Source: Actinomycetales bacterium
GTDB lineage: Bacteria; Actinomycetota; Actinomycetes; Actinomycetales; Dermatophilaceae
Assembly (NCBI GenBank): GCA_038233875.1
Contig: JBBSVB010000001.1
Location: 1 to 32,934 of the forward strand
Direction: 5' to 3'
Length of the DNA: 32,934 nt
The translations under genes were made by a program, and so were the position numbers. Positions 1 to 9,334 of the stretch are shown here, in pieces. The notes beneath the pieces are model-generated. The model saw only the letters and a list, made by a program, of their open reading frames with translations, searched no databases and had not been told where the DNA came from. Position 1 is the stretch's first letter. The number at the start of each line of letters is the position of its first letter.

Positions 1-141
1 CGGCACCCTTCGGGCTCGTCTACTTGGCGGTGGACGAACCGAAGGGTGACCTCCGTTCAGGGCGAGGAAGGACTCAACTCGCCGAGACCGACCTACACAA
101 CAGGTCGTACGCGGAGCGACACATGAGGTAGTACGCGGACA
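1..141 (-). mobile_element. Terminus of an IS-like element (TGT end with tandem subterminal repeats; IS21/IS481-type) inserted into a CDF gene; rest of element lies left of the window
   Basis: Ends in ACA at 139-141 (TGT on minus strand). Two 21-bp direct repeats at 95-115 (acacaacaggtcgtacgcgga) and 119-139 (acacatgaggtagtacgcgga), 18/21 identical, period 24. CDF similarity starts abruptly at 142-143. Confidence 0.6.
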
Positions 142-931
142 CCTCGCGCTCCTCGCTGATGCGGGTCACATGCTCACCGATGTCGCCGGGCTCTCACTGG
201 CACTCGTCGCAGCCACCCTCGCAACCAAGCCAGCGACGGATGCCCGTACGTGGGGTTACCGCCGGGCGGAGGTCCTCGCCGCCGCTGCCCAAGCAGCCGT
301 CCTGCTCGCCGTCGGTGCATTTGTCCTTGTTGAGGGCATCAAGCGCCTCATCGAACCGCCGGACGTAGCCAGCAACGTCATGATCATCTTTGGGCTGGTC
401 GGGCTGGTCGGAAACGCCGTCTCCATCCTCATCCTGTCGCGGATCAGCAGCGGGAACCTGAACACCCGTGCAGCGTTCCTAGAGGTCGTCAACGACGCCC
501 TCGGTGCCCTCGCCGTCCTCATCGCCGCCATCGTCATCGCCACCACCGGCTGGCTCCGCGCAGACGCTGTCGCCTCACTCCTCATCGGTGTTCTGATTTT
601 GCCGCGCACGTGGAAGTTGCTCAGCGAAACCATCGACGTCCTGCTCGAAGCCACCCCGAAGAACGTGGACCTCACCGAAGTTCGCGCCCACGTCCTCAAG
701 GTCGCCCACGTGCAAGGCATCCACGACCTGCACGCCTCCACCGTTGCGACCGGCCTGCCCGTCCTCACCGCTCACGTCGTCGTAGACGACGACTGCTTCT
801 ACGACGGGCACGTCCCCCAATTGCTCGATGAGGTGCAGGCGTGCCTCGGCACCCACTTCGACGTGGATCACTCGACGTTCCAGTTCGAACCCGAGAGCCA
901 TGCCGCCCACGAGCACGCAGCCCACGCTTGA
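142..931 (+). pseudogene. czcD: CzcD-like cation diffusion facilitator, 5'-truncated/interrupted (first TM helix missing)
   Basis: LALLADAGHMLTD, TWGYRRAE, LEVVNDALG, IHDLH and HSTFQFE motifs. In-frame sequence upstream of 143 is not CDF-like and reaches a stop at 47-49. Confidence 0.8.
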
Positions 932-994
932 ACGTGAACACCCAAAGGAGGGGCGGCAGCACGATTCGTGACTTGACGGCACCACGTGTAACGA

Positions 995-1012
995 TATGCG
1001 AATGCGCGCATA
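995..1012. promoter_or_regulatory. ArsR/KmtR-type operator palindrome overlapping the regulator start
   Basis: TATGCG-N6-CGCATA perfect inverted repeat over the ATGs at 996 and 1002. Confidence 0.65.
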
Positions 1013-1382
1013 CGAAGATTCGGGGACGTCAAGTCTTCCCGATGAGGAGCAGGTCGATCTAGCGGTCGAGGTGTTCCGGATGCTCGCTGACGCGACCCGG
1101 ATCAGACTGCTGTGGACCTTGAATGAGGGCGAGGCTCCGGTCAGCGATCTGACGGAGGCCGTGGGGAAGCCGCAGGCCCTTGTCTCCCAACATCTGGCGA
1201 AACTGCGTATGGCCCGGTTGGTGACGACCCGGCGGGCGGGCAGCCACGTGTTCTACCGGCTGGCGAACAACCACGTCAGCCAACTGGTCGCTGACGCCAT
1301 CTACAACGCGGAGCACGCTGGACCCGGCGTCCCTGCTCACCACCAGCCCTCCACAGACCTCGCCACCGGAAAGCCGTCCTGA
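1002..1382 (+). CDS. kmtR: ArsR/SmtB-family metal-sensing repressor, KmtR-like (Ni/Co); alternative start 996
   Basis: VEVFRMLADATR, VSQHLAKLRMARLV and NAEHAGPGVPAHH closely match mycobacterial KmtR as I recall it. Confidence 0.85.
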   Translation: MRAYEDSGTSSLPDEEQVDLAVEVFRMLADATRIRLLWTLNEGEAPVSDLTEAVGKPQALVSQHLAKLRMARLVTTRRAGSHVFYRLANNHVSQLVADAIYNAEHAGPGVPAHHQPSTDLATGKPS

Positions 1383-2467
1383 TGACTCACCCGACCAGCC
1401 ACGACCACGACCAACACAGCCATGACTATGATACTTATGGGCATGACCACGACCATGCCCACGAGCACGACCACGCGGGCGGTCTCCGTGGCTTCCTGAT
1501 GGACTTCTTCAAACCTCACAGCCACGATGCCGCTGACTCCGTCGACAGCGCCCTCGAAGCCAGCGCCGACGGCATCCGAGCCGTCAAGATCAGCCTCATC
1601 GCCCTTGGCATCACCGCAGTGGCACAAGCCCTCCTCGTCATCCTGACAGGCTCGGTGGCGCTCCTCGCCGACACCATCCACAACTTCTCCGATGCACTCA
1701 CCGCTGTGCCGCTGTGGATCGCGTTCGTGCTCGGACGGAGACAAGCCAACGCCCGGTACACCTACGGGTACGGACGGGCCGAGGACCTCGCCGGGATCTT
1801 CATCGTGCTCATGATCGCCGCCTCGGCGGTGGTCGCCGGGTACGAGTCGGTCCGACGGCTCGCTGACCCATCCCCCCTCACCCACCCGTGGATCGTCATT
1901 GCCGCCGGGATCATCGGGTTCTTTGGTAACGAACTGGTTGCCACCTACCGAATCCGGGTCGGACGCCGGATCGGTTCTGCTGCATTGGTCGCCGACGGGA
2001 TCCACGCCCGCACCGATGGGTTCACCTCACTTGCGGTCGTCGCCGGTGCGATCGGTGTGATGGCGGGATTCCCGCTCGCTGACCCGATCATCGGGCTCCT
2101 CATCACGGTCGCCATCCTTGCCGTCCTGCGCGGCGCAGCCACCGACATCTACCGACGCCTCATGGACGCCGTCGACCCGGCCCTGACCGAAGAGGCCACC
2201 AGCACCCTGCGTCACACCCCCGGCGTCATCGAGACCGAACACGTTCGGCTGCGCTGGATCGGACACCGCATCACCGCAGAGGCAGGTGTCGTCGTTGACC
2301 CGCACCTCGACCTCGTCGCCGCCCACAACATCTCCACCGACGCCCACCACCGGTTGCTGCACGAGATCCCGAAACTGGCTGCGGTGACCATCCACGTCAG
2401 CCCACAGGCTGAACCCGGCGTGGACCACCACAAGGTCCTCGGAGGCCACAAAGACTCCGTCTTCTAA
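1382..2467 (+). CDS. Cation diffusion facilitator with His-rich N-terminus (Rv2025c-like, probably Co/Ni)
   Basis: PHSHDAADSVD, ALLADTIHNFSD and ADGIHARTD motifs; TGATG coupling to the regulator. Confidence 0.92.
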   Translation: MTHPTSHDHDQHSHDYDTYGHDHDHAHEHDHAGGLRGFLMDFFKPHSHDAADSVDSALEASADGIRAVKISLIALGITAVAQALLVILTGSVALLADTIHNFSDALTAVPLWIAFVLGRRQANARYTYGYGRAEDLAGIFIVLMIAASAVVAGYESVRRLADPSPLTHPWIVIAAGIIGFFGNELVATYRIRVGRRIGSAALVADGIHARTDGFTSLAVVAGAIGVMAGFPLADPIIGLLITVAILAVLRGAATDIYRRLMDAVDPALTEEATSTLRHTPGVIETEHVRLRWIGHRITAEAGVVVDPHLDLVAAHNISTDAHHRLLHEIPKLAAVTIHVSPQAEPGVDHHKVLGGHKDSVF

Positions 2468-2536
2468 CGCGGCGCTGCGCTGTCGGGACCCCGTGACGAG
2501 GGGTGGTCTTCGACCCTCGGCTCGTAGGCTTAGGCC

Positions 2537-2770
2537 ATGTCCGTGGTGTTGCAGTCGGTGATCACGTGTCCGCTATGTGGGGCCGAGAGCGACCAGACCA
2601 TGCCTGAGAATGCCTGCCTGTTCTTCTTCACATGCGATCGATGCCAAGCACGGGTGAAGCCTAAGCAGGGTGACTGTTGCGTGTTCTGTTCCTACGGCAC
2701 CGTTGCCTGCCCTCCACAACAGGCCGAGACACGGGGTGGTGAGGGTGATGACGACGCACACTGCTGTTGA
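2537..2770 (+). CDS. GDCCVxC-domain small Cys-rich protein
   Basis: ITCPLCG, CDRC and GDCCVFCSYGTVACPP; TAGGCT -10 element 6 nt before ATG (leaderless). Confidence 0.85.
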   Translation: MSVVLQSVITCPLCGAESDQTMPENACLFFFTCDRCQARVKPKQGDCCVFCSYGTVACPPQQAETRGGEGDDDAHCC

Positions 2771-3053
2771 GGACGCTTTCCAAGGTCGCGAGCAGTGTTG
2801 GTGCTGCGATGCAATCGACGTTCCTGCCCGGATGGTTCATCTGGGCAACCATCCTGAGGTTGGCTTGTGCCTCGGCTGCGCGCGGTGGGCTGCGCAGCAA
2901 GCCGGACGCATCGAGGACGAGACCCGCACGGGCGTCGGCGTCCGCGTTCGAGGCGGCGCTCGCACCATCAGGGACATCGTGGTTGATAGGGGTTGGCACC
3001 GGAACCGAATCATCGGCGGACCGCTGCGCCGCCTCGACAAGTGGTTCCCCTAA
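2748..3053 (+). CDS. Hypothetical Cys-rich protein (CWCC...CxxC), probably metal binding
   Basis: CWCC-x18-CLGC; overlaps the 3' end of the GDCCVxC gene; GAGGG upstream of ATG 2748. Confidence 0.65.
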   Translation: MTTHTAVEDAFQGREQCWCCDAIDVPARMVHLGNHPEVGLCLGCARWAAQQAGRIEDETRTGVGVRVRGGARTIRDIVVDRGWHRNRIIGGPLRRLDKWFP

Positions 3054-3098
3054 AAGCCATCGCGATGCTGACGCAAGGACACGCTGGCACTGATCGCT

Positions 3099-5444
3099 TC
3101 AGAGTCGTTGGGTGCGTAGCCGAAGCGCGTTGCTGATCACCGAAACCGACGACAGAGCCATCGCAGCGGCGGCGATGATGGGCGAGAGCAACCATCCGAA
3201 GACCGGGTAAAGCACCCCGGCAGCAATGGGGATGCCTGCGACGTTGTAGATGAACGCAAAGACGAGGTTTTGCCGGATGTTCGACATCGTCGCTCGGGAC
3301 AGTTGTCGTGCCTTCACGATGCCCGTCAGGTCACCCTTGAGCAGTGTCACCCCAGCGGATTCCATCGCCACGTCGGTACCCGAACTCATGGCGAGTCCTA
3401 CGTCGGCTGCGGCGAGGGCGGGTGCGTCGTTCACACCGTCTCCGGCCATTGCTACAACACGGCCCTCGCTGCGGAGTTGCTTGACGATGTCGCTCTTGTG
3501 GTCGGGGAGGACGTCGGCTTCGACCCGGTCGATGCCGAGAGTGCGGGCGACCGCTTCGGCGGTGACCCGGTTGTCACCAGTCAGCATGACCACCTCGATG
3601 CCCTCACCACGGAGTGCCTTGAGTGCCTCCGAGGTAGTGGCCTTGACGGGGTCGGCGATGGCGAAGATGCCTGCCACCGTGTCGTCGACGCCGATGTAAA
3701 TGGCGGTGGCCCCTTCTGCGCGGAGCCTGTCGGCGGCATCGGTGAGTCCACTGGTGTCGAGGTTGTGGCTAGTGAGGAACTTCGCGGACCCGATCACGAC
3801 CCGGTGACCGTCCACGGTGCCGAGTGCTCCCTTGCCGACGGGTGCATCGAAATCGGCGACCTCAGGGATGGTCAGTCCGGCGTCTTGGGCGGCGACGACA
3901 ATGGCGTGACCGAGGGGGTGCTCGGAGGCCCGTTCGACACCGGCTGCCAGACGCAGCACCTCATCGTCGGTGAACCCGTCTGAGGCGACGATGGCGGTGA
4001 CTGAGGGTTTCCCTTCGGTGAGGGTGCCGGTCTTGTCCACGACGAGCGTGTTGACCTTCTCCATGACTTCGAGCGCTTCGGCGTTCTTGATGAGGACACC
4101 GAGCCCGGCTCCGCGTCCGACGCCGACCATGATGGAGACCGGTGTGGCGAGCCCGAGGGCACAGGGGCAGGCGATGATGACGACTGCGACGGCCACGATG
4201 AGCGCGTGCGCTAGTCGCGGGTCGGGGCCGAGGGTGGCCCACACGATGAACGCGACGACGGCGACGGCGAGGACGGCGGGGACGAACCAGCCTGCGACCC
4301 GGTCGGCCATTCGCTGAATGGGTGCGCGTGAGCGTTGTGCTTCGGCGACCATCTGCACGATCCGGGCCAGCATGGTGTCGCGCCCGACCTTTTCGGCGGT
4401 CACGACCAGCGCGCCGGTCTGGTTCAGGGTGCCGCCGATGACGGTGTCGCCGTCGGTCTTGGTGACAGGCATCGACTCGCCTGTGACCAGTGACTCATCG
4501 ACCGAGGACCGTCCGGTGGCGACGGTTCCGTCGACGGGCATCTTCTCGCCGGGACGGACCCGAAGGCGGTCCCCAAGTTGCACCTCGTCGAGCCCGATTT
4601 CAGTCTCGGTGCCATCGGCAGCGAGCCGGTGAGCGGTTTTGGGGGTGAGGTCGAGAAGTGCCTTGATAGCGCCGGAAGTTTGTTCACGGGCGCGCAGTTC
4701 GAGCACTTGGCCGAGCAGAACGAGGACGGTAATGACGGCGGCGGCTTCGAAGTAGACGTCCACGGTCCCCATCTGACGGAACGAGTCCGGGAAGGCACCG
4801 GGGGCGAGGGTGGCGACGACGCTGAACAGCCACGCGACACCTGTGCCCATCGCGATGAGGGTGAACATGTTCAGTTTCATCGTTTTGACCGAGACCCAGC
4901 CGCGCCGGAAGAACGGCCACCCGCCCCACAGGACGACGGGGGTGGCGAGGATGAACTGGACCCATACCGACGCTCTCGGCGAGATCAGGTCGTGTATGGC
5001 AGGGAACAGGTGCCCGCCCATCTCCAATACGAAGACCGGCAGCGCAAGAACGAGTGAGACCCAGAACCGGCGGGTCATGTCGGTGAGTTCCGCGCTCGGG
5101 GCGGTGTCGGCGGTCACGGTGACGGGTTCAAGCGCCATCCCGCAGATGGGGCACGCGCCGGGACCCATCTGACGGATCTCGGGGTGCATGGGGCACGTGT
5201 ACTCAACATCCGCCGACGCCTGCGCCGGAGCCGGGCTCGAAGCCTCGTGCTTGGACTCGGGGCTCACGTATTCGGCGGGGTTCGCTGCGAACTTGGTCCG
5301 GCAGTGCGCAGAGCAGAAGTGGTAGGTCGCCCCGTTGTGCTCGGCGTGGTGCTCGGTCGTTGCGGGGTCCACGTCCATTCCGCAGACGGGGTCTTTGACC
5401 GTGGTCGACGTTGTGGCCGTGGGGTGTTCGTGCACGTGACTCAT
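3099..5444 (-). CDS. copA: Cu(I)/Ag(I)-translocating P1B-type ATPase with N-terminal YHS and YTCPMHP metal-binding domains
   Basis: [56 protein letters not shown] and MALSS. Confidence 0.95.
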   Translation of the reverse strand: MSHVHEHPTATTSTTVKDPVCGMDVDPATTEHHAEHNGATYHFCSAHCRTKFAANPAEYVSPESKHEASSPAPAQASADVEYTCPMHPEIRQMGPGACPICGMALEPVTVTADTAPSAELTDMTRRFWVSLVLALPVFVLEMGGHLFPAIHDLISPRASVWVQFILATPVVLWGGWPFFRRGWVSVKTMKLNMFTLIAMGTGVAWLFSVVATLAPGAFPDSFRQMGTVDVYFEAAAVITVLVLLGQVLELRAREQTSGAIKALLDLTPKTAHRLAADGTETEIGLDEVQLGDRLRVRPGEKMPVDGTVATGRSSVDESLVTGESMPVTKTDGDTVIGGTLNQTGALVVTAEKVGRDTMLARIVQMVAEAQRSRAPIQRMADRVAGWFVPAVLAVAVVAFIVWATLGPDPRLAHALIVAVAVVIIACPCALGLATPVSIMVGVGRGAGLGVLIKNAEALEVMEKVNTLVVDKTGTLTEGKPSVTAIVASDGFTDDEVLRLAAGVERASEHPLGHAIVVAAQDAGLTIPEVADFDAPVGKGALGTVDGHRVVIGSAKFLTSHNLDTSGLTDAADRLRAEGATAIYIGVDDTVAGIFAIADPVKATTSEALKALRGEGIEVVMLTGDNRVTAEAVARTLGIDRVEADVLPDHKSDIVKQLRSEGRVVAMAGDGVNDAPALAAADVGLAMSSGTDVAMESAGVTLLKGDLTGIVKARQLSRATMSNIRQNLVFAFIYNVAGIPIAAGVLYPVFGWLLSPIIAAAAMALSSVSVISNALRLRTQRL

Positions 5445-5453
5445 AACTTCATC

Positions 5454-5470
5454 ATACCCCTAGGGGGTAT
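5454..5470. promoter_or_regulatory. CsoR/RicR-type copper operator within the copA promoter
   Basis: ATACCCC-TAG-GGGGTAT palindrome between TTGCGC (-35) and TATGAT (-10) on the minus strand; -10 is 6 nt from ATG. Confidence 0.85.
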
Positions 5471-5527
5471 GCGCGCAAGTGCTGCCAGACCCCGACCCGG
5501 AAGGTTCGAGGACTTACCGCCTGTTGG

Positions 5528-5758
5528 TCAGATGTGGTCGTGTGAACCATCAGGGGTGGGCACTTTGGTGCTCGACTGTGCTTCTGGTTCCTCGGCGTCC
5601 TTGCGGGCTTTCCCACCGGACATCGAGGCCATCATGAGGAACATCATCAGGGGGCAAGCGAGCACGAGCAGGAAGTAGGCGGGCATCCCTGCCAGCACCG
5701 CAATCCCGGCCACAACGACCGCGACGGCCCCGTAAGCGAGGTTCTTGGTGGTGAACAT
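5528..5758 (-). CDS. DUF2933-like small membrane protein of copper clusters
   Basis: Two hydrophobic segments, LLVLACPLMMFLM motif, GGAGG RBS. Confidence 0.8.
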   Translation of the reverse strand: MFTTKNLAYGAVAVVVAGIAVLAGMPAYFLLVLACPLMMFLMMASMSGGKARKDAEEPEAQSSTKVPTPDGSHDHI

Positions 5759-5905
5759 GTCAGCCTCCGACCTTCACGACGACTCCTGTCGCCTAACCAC
5801 CAGTGTGGGTCGGGTGCTCGGCGTCGCTCAGAGTCGAAAGACCCTCGCCGAAGAGTCCGAGTGACCACGCAGCCCTAGCACGAGCGCCTTCGCAGTAACC
5901 GAGGA

Positions 5906-5945
5906 GCCGACCGCTGCACCCCAAGAAGGGCGTGCAGCAGTCGGC
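5906..5945 (-). terminator. GC-rich stem-loop just after the DUF305 stop (terminator or mRNA stabiliser)
   Basis: gccgaccgctgcac...gtgcagcagtcggc inverted repeat; no U-tract. Confidence 0.5.
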
Positions 5946-5955
5946 CCCGAGTGGG

Positions 5956-6507
5956 TCAGGAGCCGAGCATCTTCTTCATCTGGGCCATCTCGGTCGTCTG
6001 AGCCTTCTCAATGTTCTTGGCGAGTGCCTTCGCGTCGGCGTTCTTGCCCTTCGACTGCTCGGTCTTCGCCATCTCGATGGCCCCGGTGTGGTGGGCGACC
6101 ATCATGGTCAAGAACATCTTGTCGAAGGTGGCACCGGTGGCCTCGTCGAGGCCCTTCATGTCGGAGTCGCTCATCATCCCCGGCATGCCAGACATGCCGC
6201 CCATCGAGCCGGACGACTTGGACTTGCCCCAGTCCTTGAGCCAGCCCTTCATCGTGGAAATCTCGGGTCCTTGCGCGCCCTCAATCTTGTCGGCCAACTT
6301 CTTCACCTCCGGTGACGAGGCGTGCGCCTTCGCCATCTTCGCCATCGCAACGGCCTGCTCGTGGTGGGGAATCATGGACTGAGCGAACGTCACGTCGGCC
6401 TTGTTGAAATCACTGCCGCCGTTTCCGCTGCTACTGCCGCTTCCGCAGGCAGTGAGGGCAAGTGCCGCCACCACGGCGAGGGTGATGGCGCTGAAAAGTC
6501 GCTTCAT
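5956..6507 (-). CDS. DUF305 (CopM-like) copper-binding lipoprotein
   Basis: Lipobox LTAC; MIPHHEQAVAMA and MVAHHTGAIEMA repeats; Met-rich linker. Confidence 0.92.
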   Translation of the reverse strand: MKRLFSAITLAVVAALALTACGSGSSSGNGGSDFNKADVTFAQSMIPHHEQAVAMAKMAKAHASSPEVKKLADKIEGAQGPEISTMKGWLKDWGKSKSSGSMGGMSGMPGMMSDSDMKGLDEATGATFDKMFLTMMVAHHTGAIEMAKTEQSKGKNADAKALAKNIEKAQTTEMAQMKKMLGS

Positions 6508-6610
6508 GTGGGTCTCCTGTACGGGTCTGTCGAAAAGGGTGTTTGCGGGCGCGGACTAGCCACGGAACCGCCGAGTCGTGATGACGAGGGCGGGTCCGCG
6601 CTGGCGGGCC

Positions 6611-7072
6611 TCAGCAGCGTTGAATCGACAGGGCGTACAGGTTCGGCGGGTCTGGTGCGCGACCGGCTGTGACCGGTGCCCGGACAGGGCGGGCCGTCAG
6701 GAAAAGGAGCGGGCGCAGCCGCTCGGCGTGCAAGTGCACAATCATCGCGACGGCTGTGAGAACAAGCACGGCCAAGCACATTGCGGCGACGCTCATGTCC
6801 ATCCCGGTGCCGCCACCGGGGTTATGCGAGACCACCACGTCAAGGACCGGAGAAACGGTCGCGACCGTCGCTTGGGTCAGGTCCACGGTAGTCGACGCCG
6901 CGTCCGTCACCATCGTCGTCATGGTGGGCATGGCCGCATGGGCGGTGCCCATCTGCTCGGTGCCGTGGTCAGACAGCCCGTGCATCCCGAACAAGCCAGC
7001 AAGGGTCAGGAGCAGCGCTCCGAGCCACAGCGCACGACGCGCCGTGTTCTCGTGGCTGGTTCGGCTGCTCAC
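6611..7072 (-). CDS. DUF6153-like membrane protein typically upstream of DUF305
   Basis: GLFGMHGL, MCLAVL, C-terminal LSIQRC; TACACT -10 7 nt before GTG. Confidence 0.75.
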   Translation of the reverse strand: MSSRTSHENTARRALWLGALLLTLAGLFGMHGLSDHGTEQMGTAHAAMPTMTTMVTDAASTTVDLTQATVATVSPVLDVVVSHNPGGGTGMDMSVAAMCLAVLVLTAVAMIVHLHAERLRPLLFLTARPVRAPVTAGRAPDPPNLYALSIQRC

Positions 7073-7134
7073 GTCCCCAAGTGTAGGCAGGACGCCCCTA
7101 CCAGCCAGTTACCCGTGAACCTAGGGTGCGAGGC

Positions 7135-7335
7135 ATGCCTGTGGAGAACTTTGACCCCGAACCCGGACGCGACCTCGGCCCCCTCATCCACGCTCTCCGC
7201 CGCAACGGCGGCACCCTCACCTTCGCCCAATGGGTCTCGGTCCCGACCTCGATGACGGTCAACCTGCACCTGCCCAACGATGAAGAGAGGGCCGAGAAGT
7301 GCCGTGCCGCGATCGAGGAATGGCGAAACGCCTGA
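7135..7335 (+). CDS. Small hypothetical protein
   Basis: Fills an intergenic gap, plausible codon usage, TAGGGT -10 7 nt before ATG. Confidence 0.5.
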   Translation: MPVENFDPEPGRDLGPLIHALRRNGGTLTFAQWVSVPTSMTVNLHLPNDEERAEKCRAAIEEWRNA

Positions 7336-7391
7336 AGCCTGAGTGTGTTCTGGCGGACGTGTGACAGGTGCACTGGCGTTGCGCGGCGGTC

Positions 7392-8426
7392 CTATTCGCA
7401 TTCGTCGCAAAGGGTCTTTCCTGCACGTGCGGAGGCAGTTGGCAGGGCGATGGTGCAGTTGCTGCAGTGGGTCTCGTTCCGGCATTCGCAGCCGTGGCAT
7501 CTGGGGCATCGACGTTCGCCGCAGGTGCGGCATGTCTCGGCGGCGTCGTCTGCGGTGAAGGTCTCACCGCACGCTGCGAGGCAGGTAAGGGTCCATGTAG
7601 TTGGGCTGGCGCTGACGCGGGTGTCGATGAGAGTCGGTTCGACGACGGCGAAGACAAGCGTGTCGTGGACTCGGATGTCCCACGTGACGTTGGGGTTCGT
7701 TTTTCCGCTTCGATAGTGGATGCCTTCGTGTCCGCTGAACTTCGTCGCTCCGTCCCCGGTGATGGCTCGGTGGGCACCGTGCGCGATCGAAGGTTGTTCT
7801 ACGTCCGCGCTGGGTGCGTAGGGCTCGCCGTTGGATTGGGCGTACCAGACGTGTCCGTGTCCGGTGGCGAGCAGGACCATGCGGTGGCCCGGTTCGAGGA
7901 GGCACCGGGCGAGGCAGGCGGTCGCTGAGGCGTTGGTCGTCAGGTACAGGTCGAGTGCTGCACTAGCCGAGACGCCTCGACGGAAGGCGAGGTTGGCCTG
8001 TTCGTCGGGGATGAGGATGAGTGAGGCGAATGCGTTGACGAGGCGTTCTTCGACGTGTGTGGTGAGTTTCGCTCGGTGGAGTAGCGGGACGACGTCGTAG
8101 TTCCAGTCATCGTTGATGGCGAGTAGATGGTGGCCCAGTTCATGAAGAAGTGTGAAGTGGTCGCGGGCTGGGTTGCCGGTCTCCCTGTAGCGGATCGTGG
8201 CCGTGACCGCGTTGTAGGTCCCGTCGATGGGGCATATGGCGTTGCGAGCGGTGTTGTCCCGGACGACGGTGAGGTGCGGAATCTGCGCGAGCGCAGCGTG
8301 CGGGTCTGTTGCGGCGAAGGCGTAGGCGTCTGGGTGGCGTTGCTGCAGTTCGGCAATGAGGTGACGTGCGGTGGTGACGATGCGCTTGGTGGTGCGCCAC
8401 CGGTCAGCGTCATCTGCCTCGAACAC
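7392..8426 (-). CDS. ImmA/IrrE-family Zn metallopeptidase with C-terminal multi-CxxC zinc-ribbon tail (start uncertain; GTG 8426 chosen)
   Basis: RDHFTLLHELGH (HExxH), EERLVNAFASLILIP, ASATA helix; 12 Cys in the last ~63 aa. Confidence 0.88.
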   Translation of the reverse strand: MFEADDADRWRTTKRIVTTARHLIAELQQRHPDAYAFAATDPHAALAQIPHLTVVRDNTARNAICPIDGTYNAVTATIRYRETGNPARDHFTLLHELGHHLLAINDDWNYDVVPLLHRAKLTTHVEERLVNAFASLILIPDEQANLAFRRGVSASAALDLYLTTNASATACLARCLLEPGHRMVLLATGHGHVWYAQSNGEPYAPSADVEQPSIAHGAHRAITGDGATKFSGHEGIHYRSGKTNPNVTWDIRVHDTLVFAVVEPTLIDTRVSASPTTWTLTCLAACGETFTADDAAETCRTCGERRCPRCHGCECRNETHCSNCTIALPTASARAGKTLCDECE

Positions 8427-8437
8427 GGGAGGGGTCG

Positions 8438-9334
8438 CTACTCGGAACGAAGTTCGGTGATGGCTTGGGTGATGCGTGCGTCGATCGCTGCGTCGTTCTG
8501 GGCGTCTGCTTGGCGGGCGGGGACCTTCGCTCGTTCCCAAATTTTGAGGCGGGTTTCTGTCTCGTCGATGTTCTTGTCATGGACGATGGCGGTCACGTCG
8601 GCCTTCCATTTGGGCTCTCGGAGCGCAGACACGATGGGGTCTTCGGGGTGTGTGGTGATTTCGCTGATGTCGGTCGCGAACGCTTCGGCGAGCGCGTTTA
8701 CCTCGACTGAGGTAAGGACTCGCTCTCCATTAAACGCAGTGGAAATGAGGGCCGGAACTCCGGCGAGGTAGCGGCTGAGGTCGCGCGGCGTGCTGAGACC
8801 GTTCTGCTTCGCAAAGTCCGAGGCAAGGATCCCCCGGTGGCTCGGGTCGCTGAACGGCGTGTCGAGGTCGCTGAGCATGCTCACGTACTGGCACCCAGCG
8901 TCGAGGGCGTCGTCGCCCTGTGTGCTCTGCTCTTCTGGGTAGTAGGTGACGGAGGCGTTGGCCTCTTCGGTGCTTTCCCACACGTCTACGAGGACGGCTC
9001 GAATGTCACGCTCGGTGAGGATGCTTCCGACGCGGCGACCGAGTGCGGCCTTCGACATGCCCGCTTGGGCTTCGGGCCAGCAGGTGAGCGGAAGCGTGAG
9101 CCAGTCGGCGTCAAGGCGGAAGGATGGTTTGGCTGCGGCTGCGCTCTCTTCGGTGACCAACCAGACGGTGACGTGAGTATCGAAGACTCCGGCGACTAGA
9201 ACGAGGGCGAGGTCGACGCCACCCCACGTGGCGACCCATAGATCCCCGACGTTGATCGTCGTTGCGGAACGCCCGTCACCTGTCATGGGGGACGGAACGG
9301 GTGGTGGGAAGTGCGGCATGTTCCTCTTGTTCAT
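8438..9334 (-). CDS. Hypothetical two-domain protein: PemK/SH3-barrel-like N-terminus plus XRE-type HTH
   Basis: VGDLWVA..LVLV..VTVWLVT..LGRRVGSIL resembles a PemK fold; NGLSTPRDLSRYL..LISTAFNGERVLT..LAEAF resembles XRE/HigA HTH. Confidence 0.65.
   Translation of the reverse strand: MNKRNMPHFPPPVPSPMTGDGRSATTINVGDLWVATWGGVDLALVLVAGVFDTHVTVWLVTEESAAAAKPSFRLDADWLTLPLTCWPEAQAGMSKAALGRRVGSILTERDIRAVLVDVWESTEEANASVTYYPEEQSTQGDDALDAGCQYVSMLSDLDTPFSDPSHRGILASDFAKQNGLSTPRDLSRYLAGVPALISTAFNGERVLTSVEVNALAEAFATDISEITTHPEDPIVSALREPKWKADVTAIVHDKNIDETETRLKIWERAKVPARQADAQNDAAIDARITQAITELRSE

Noticed and set aside
1-142. Group II intron boundary
   Set aside because: The minus strand begins GTGTCC rather than GTGYG and no domain V/VI is evident; tandem repeats fit an IS end better
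2768-2770. TGA after CC as selenocysteine in the GDCCVxC protein
   Set aside because: All motif cysteines use Cys codons, I see no convincing SECIS, and the downstream DNA encodes another gene
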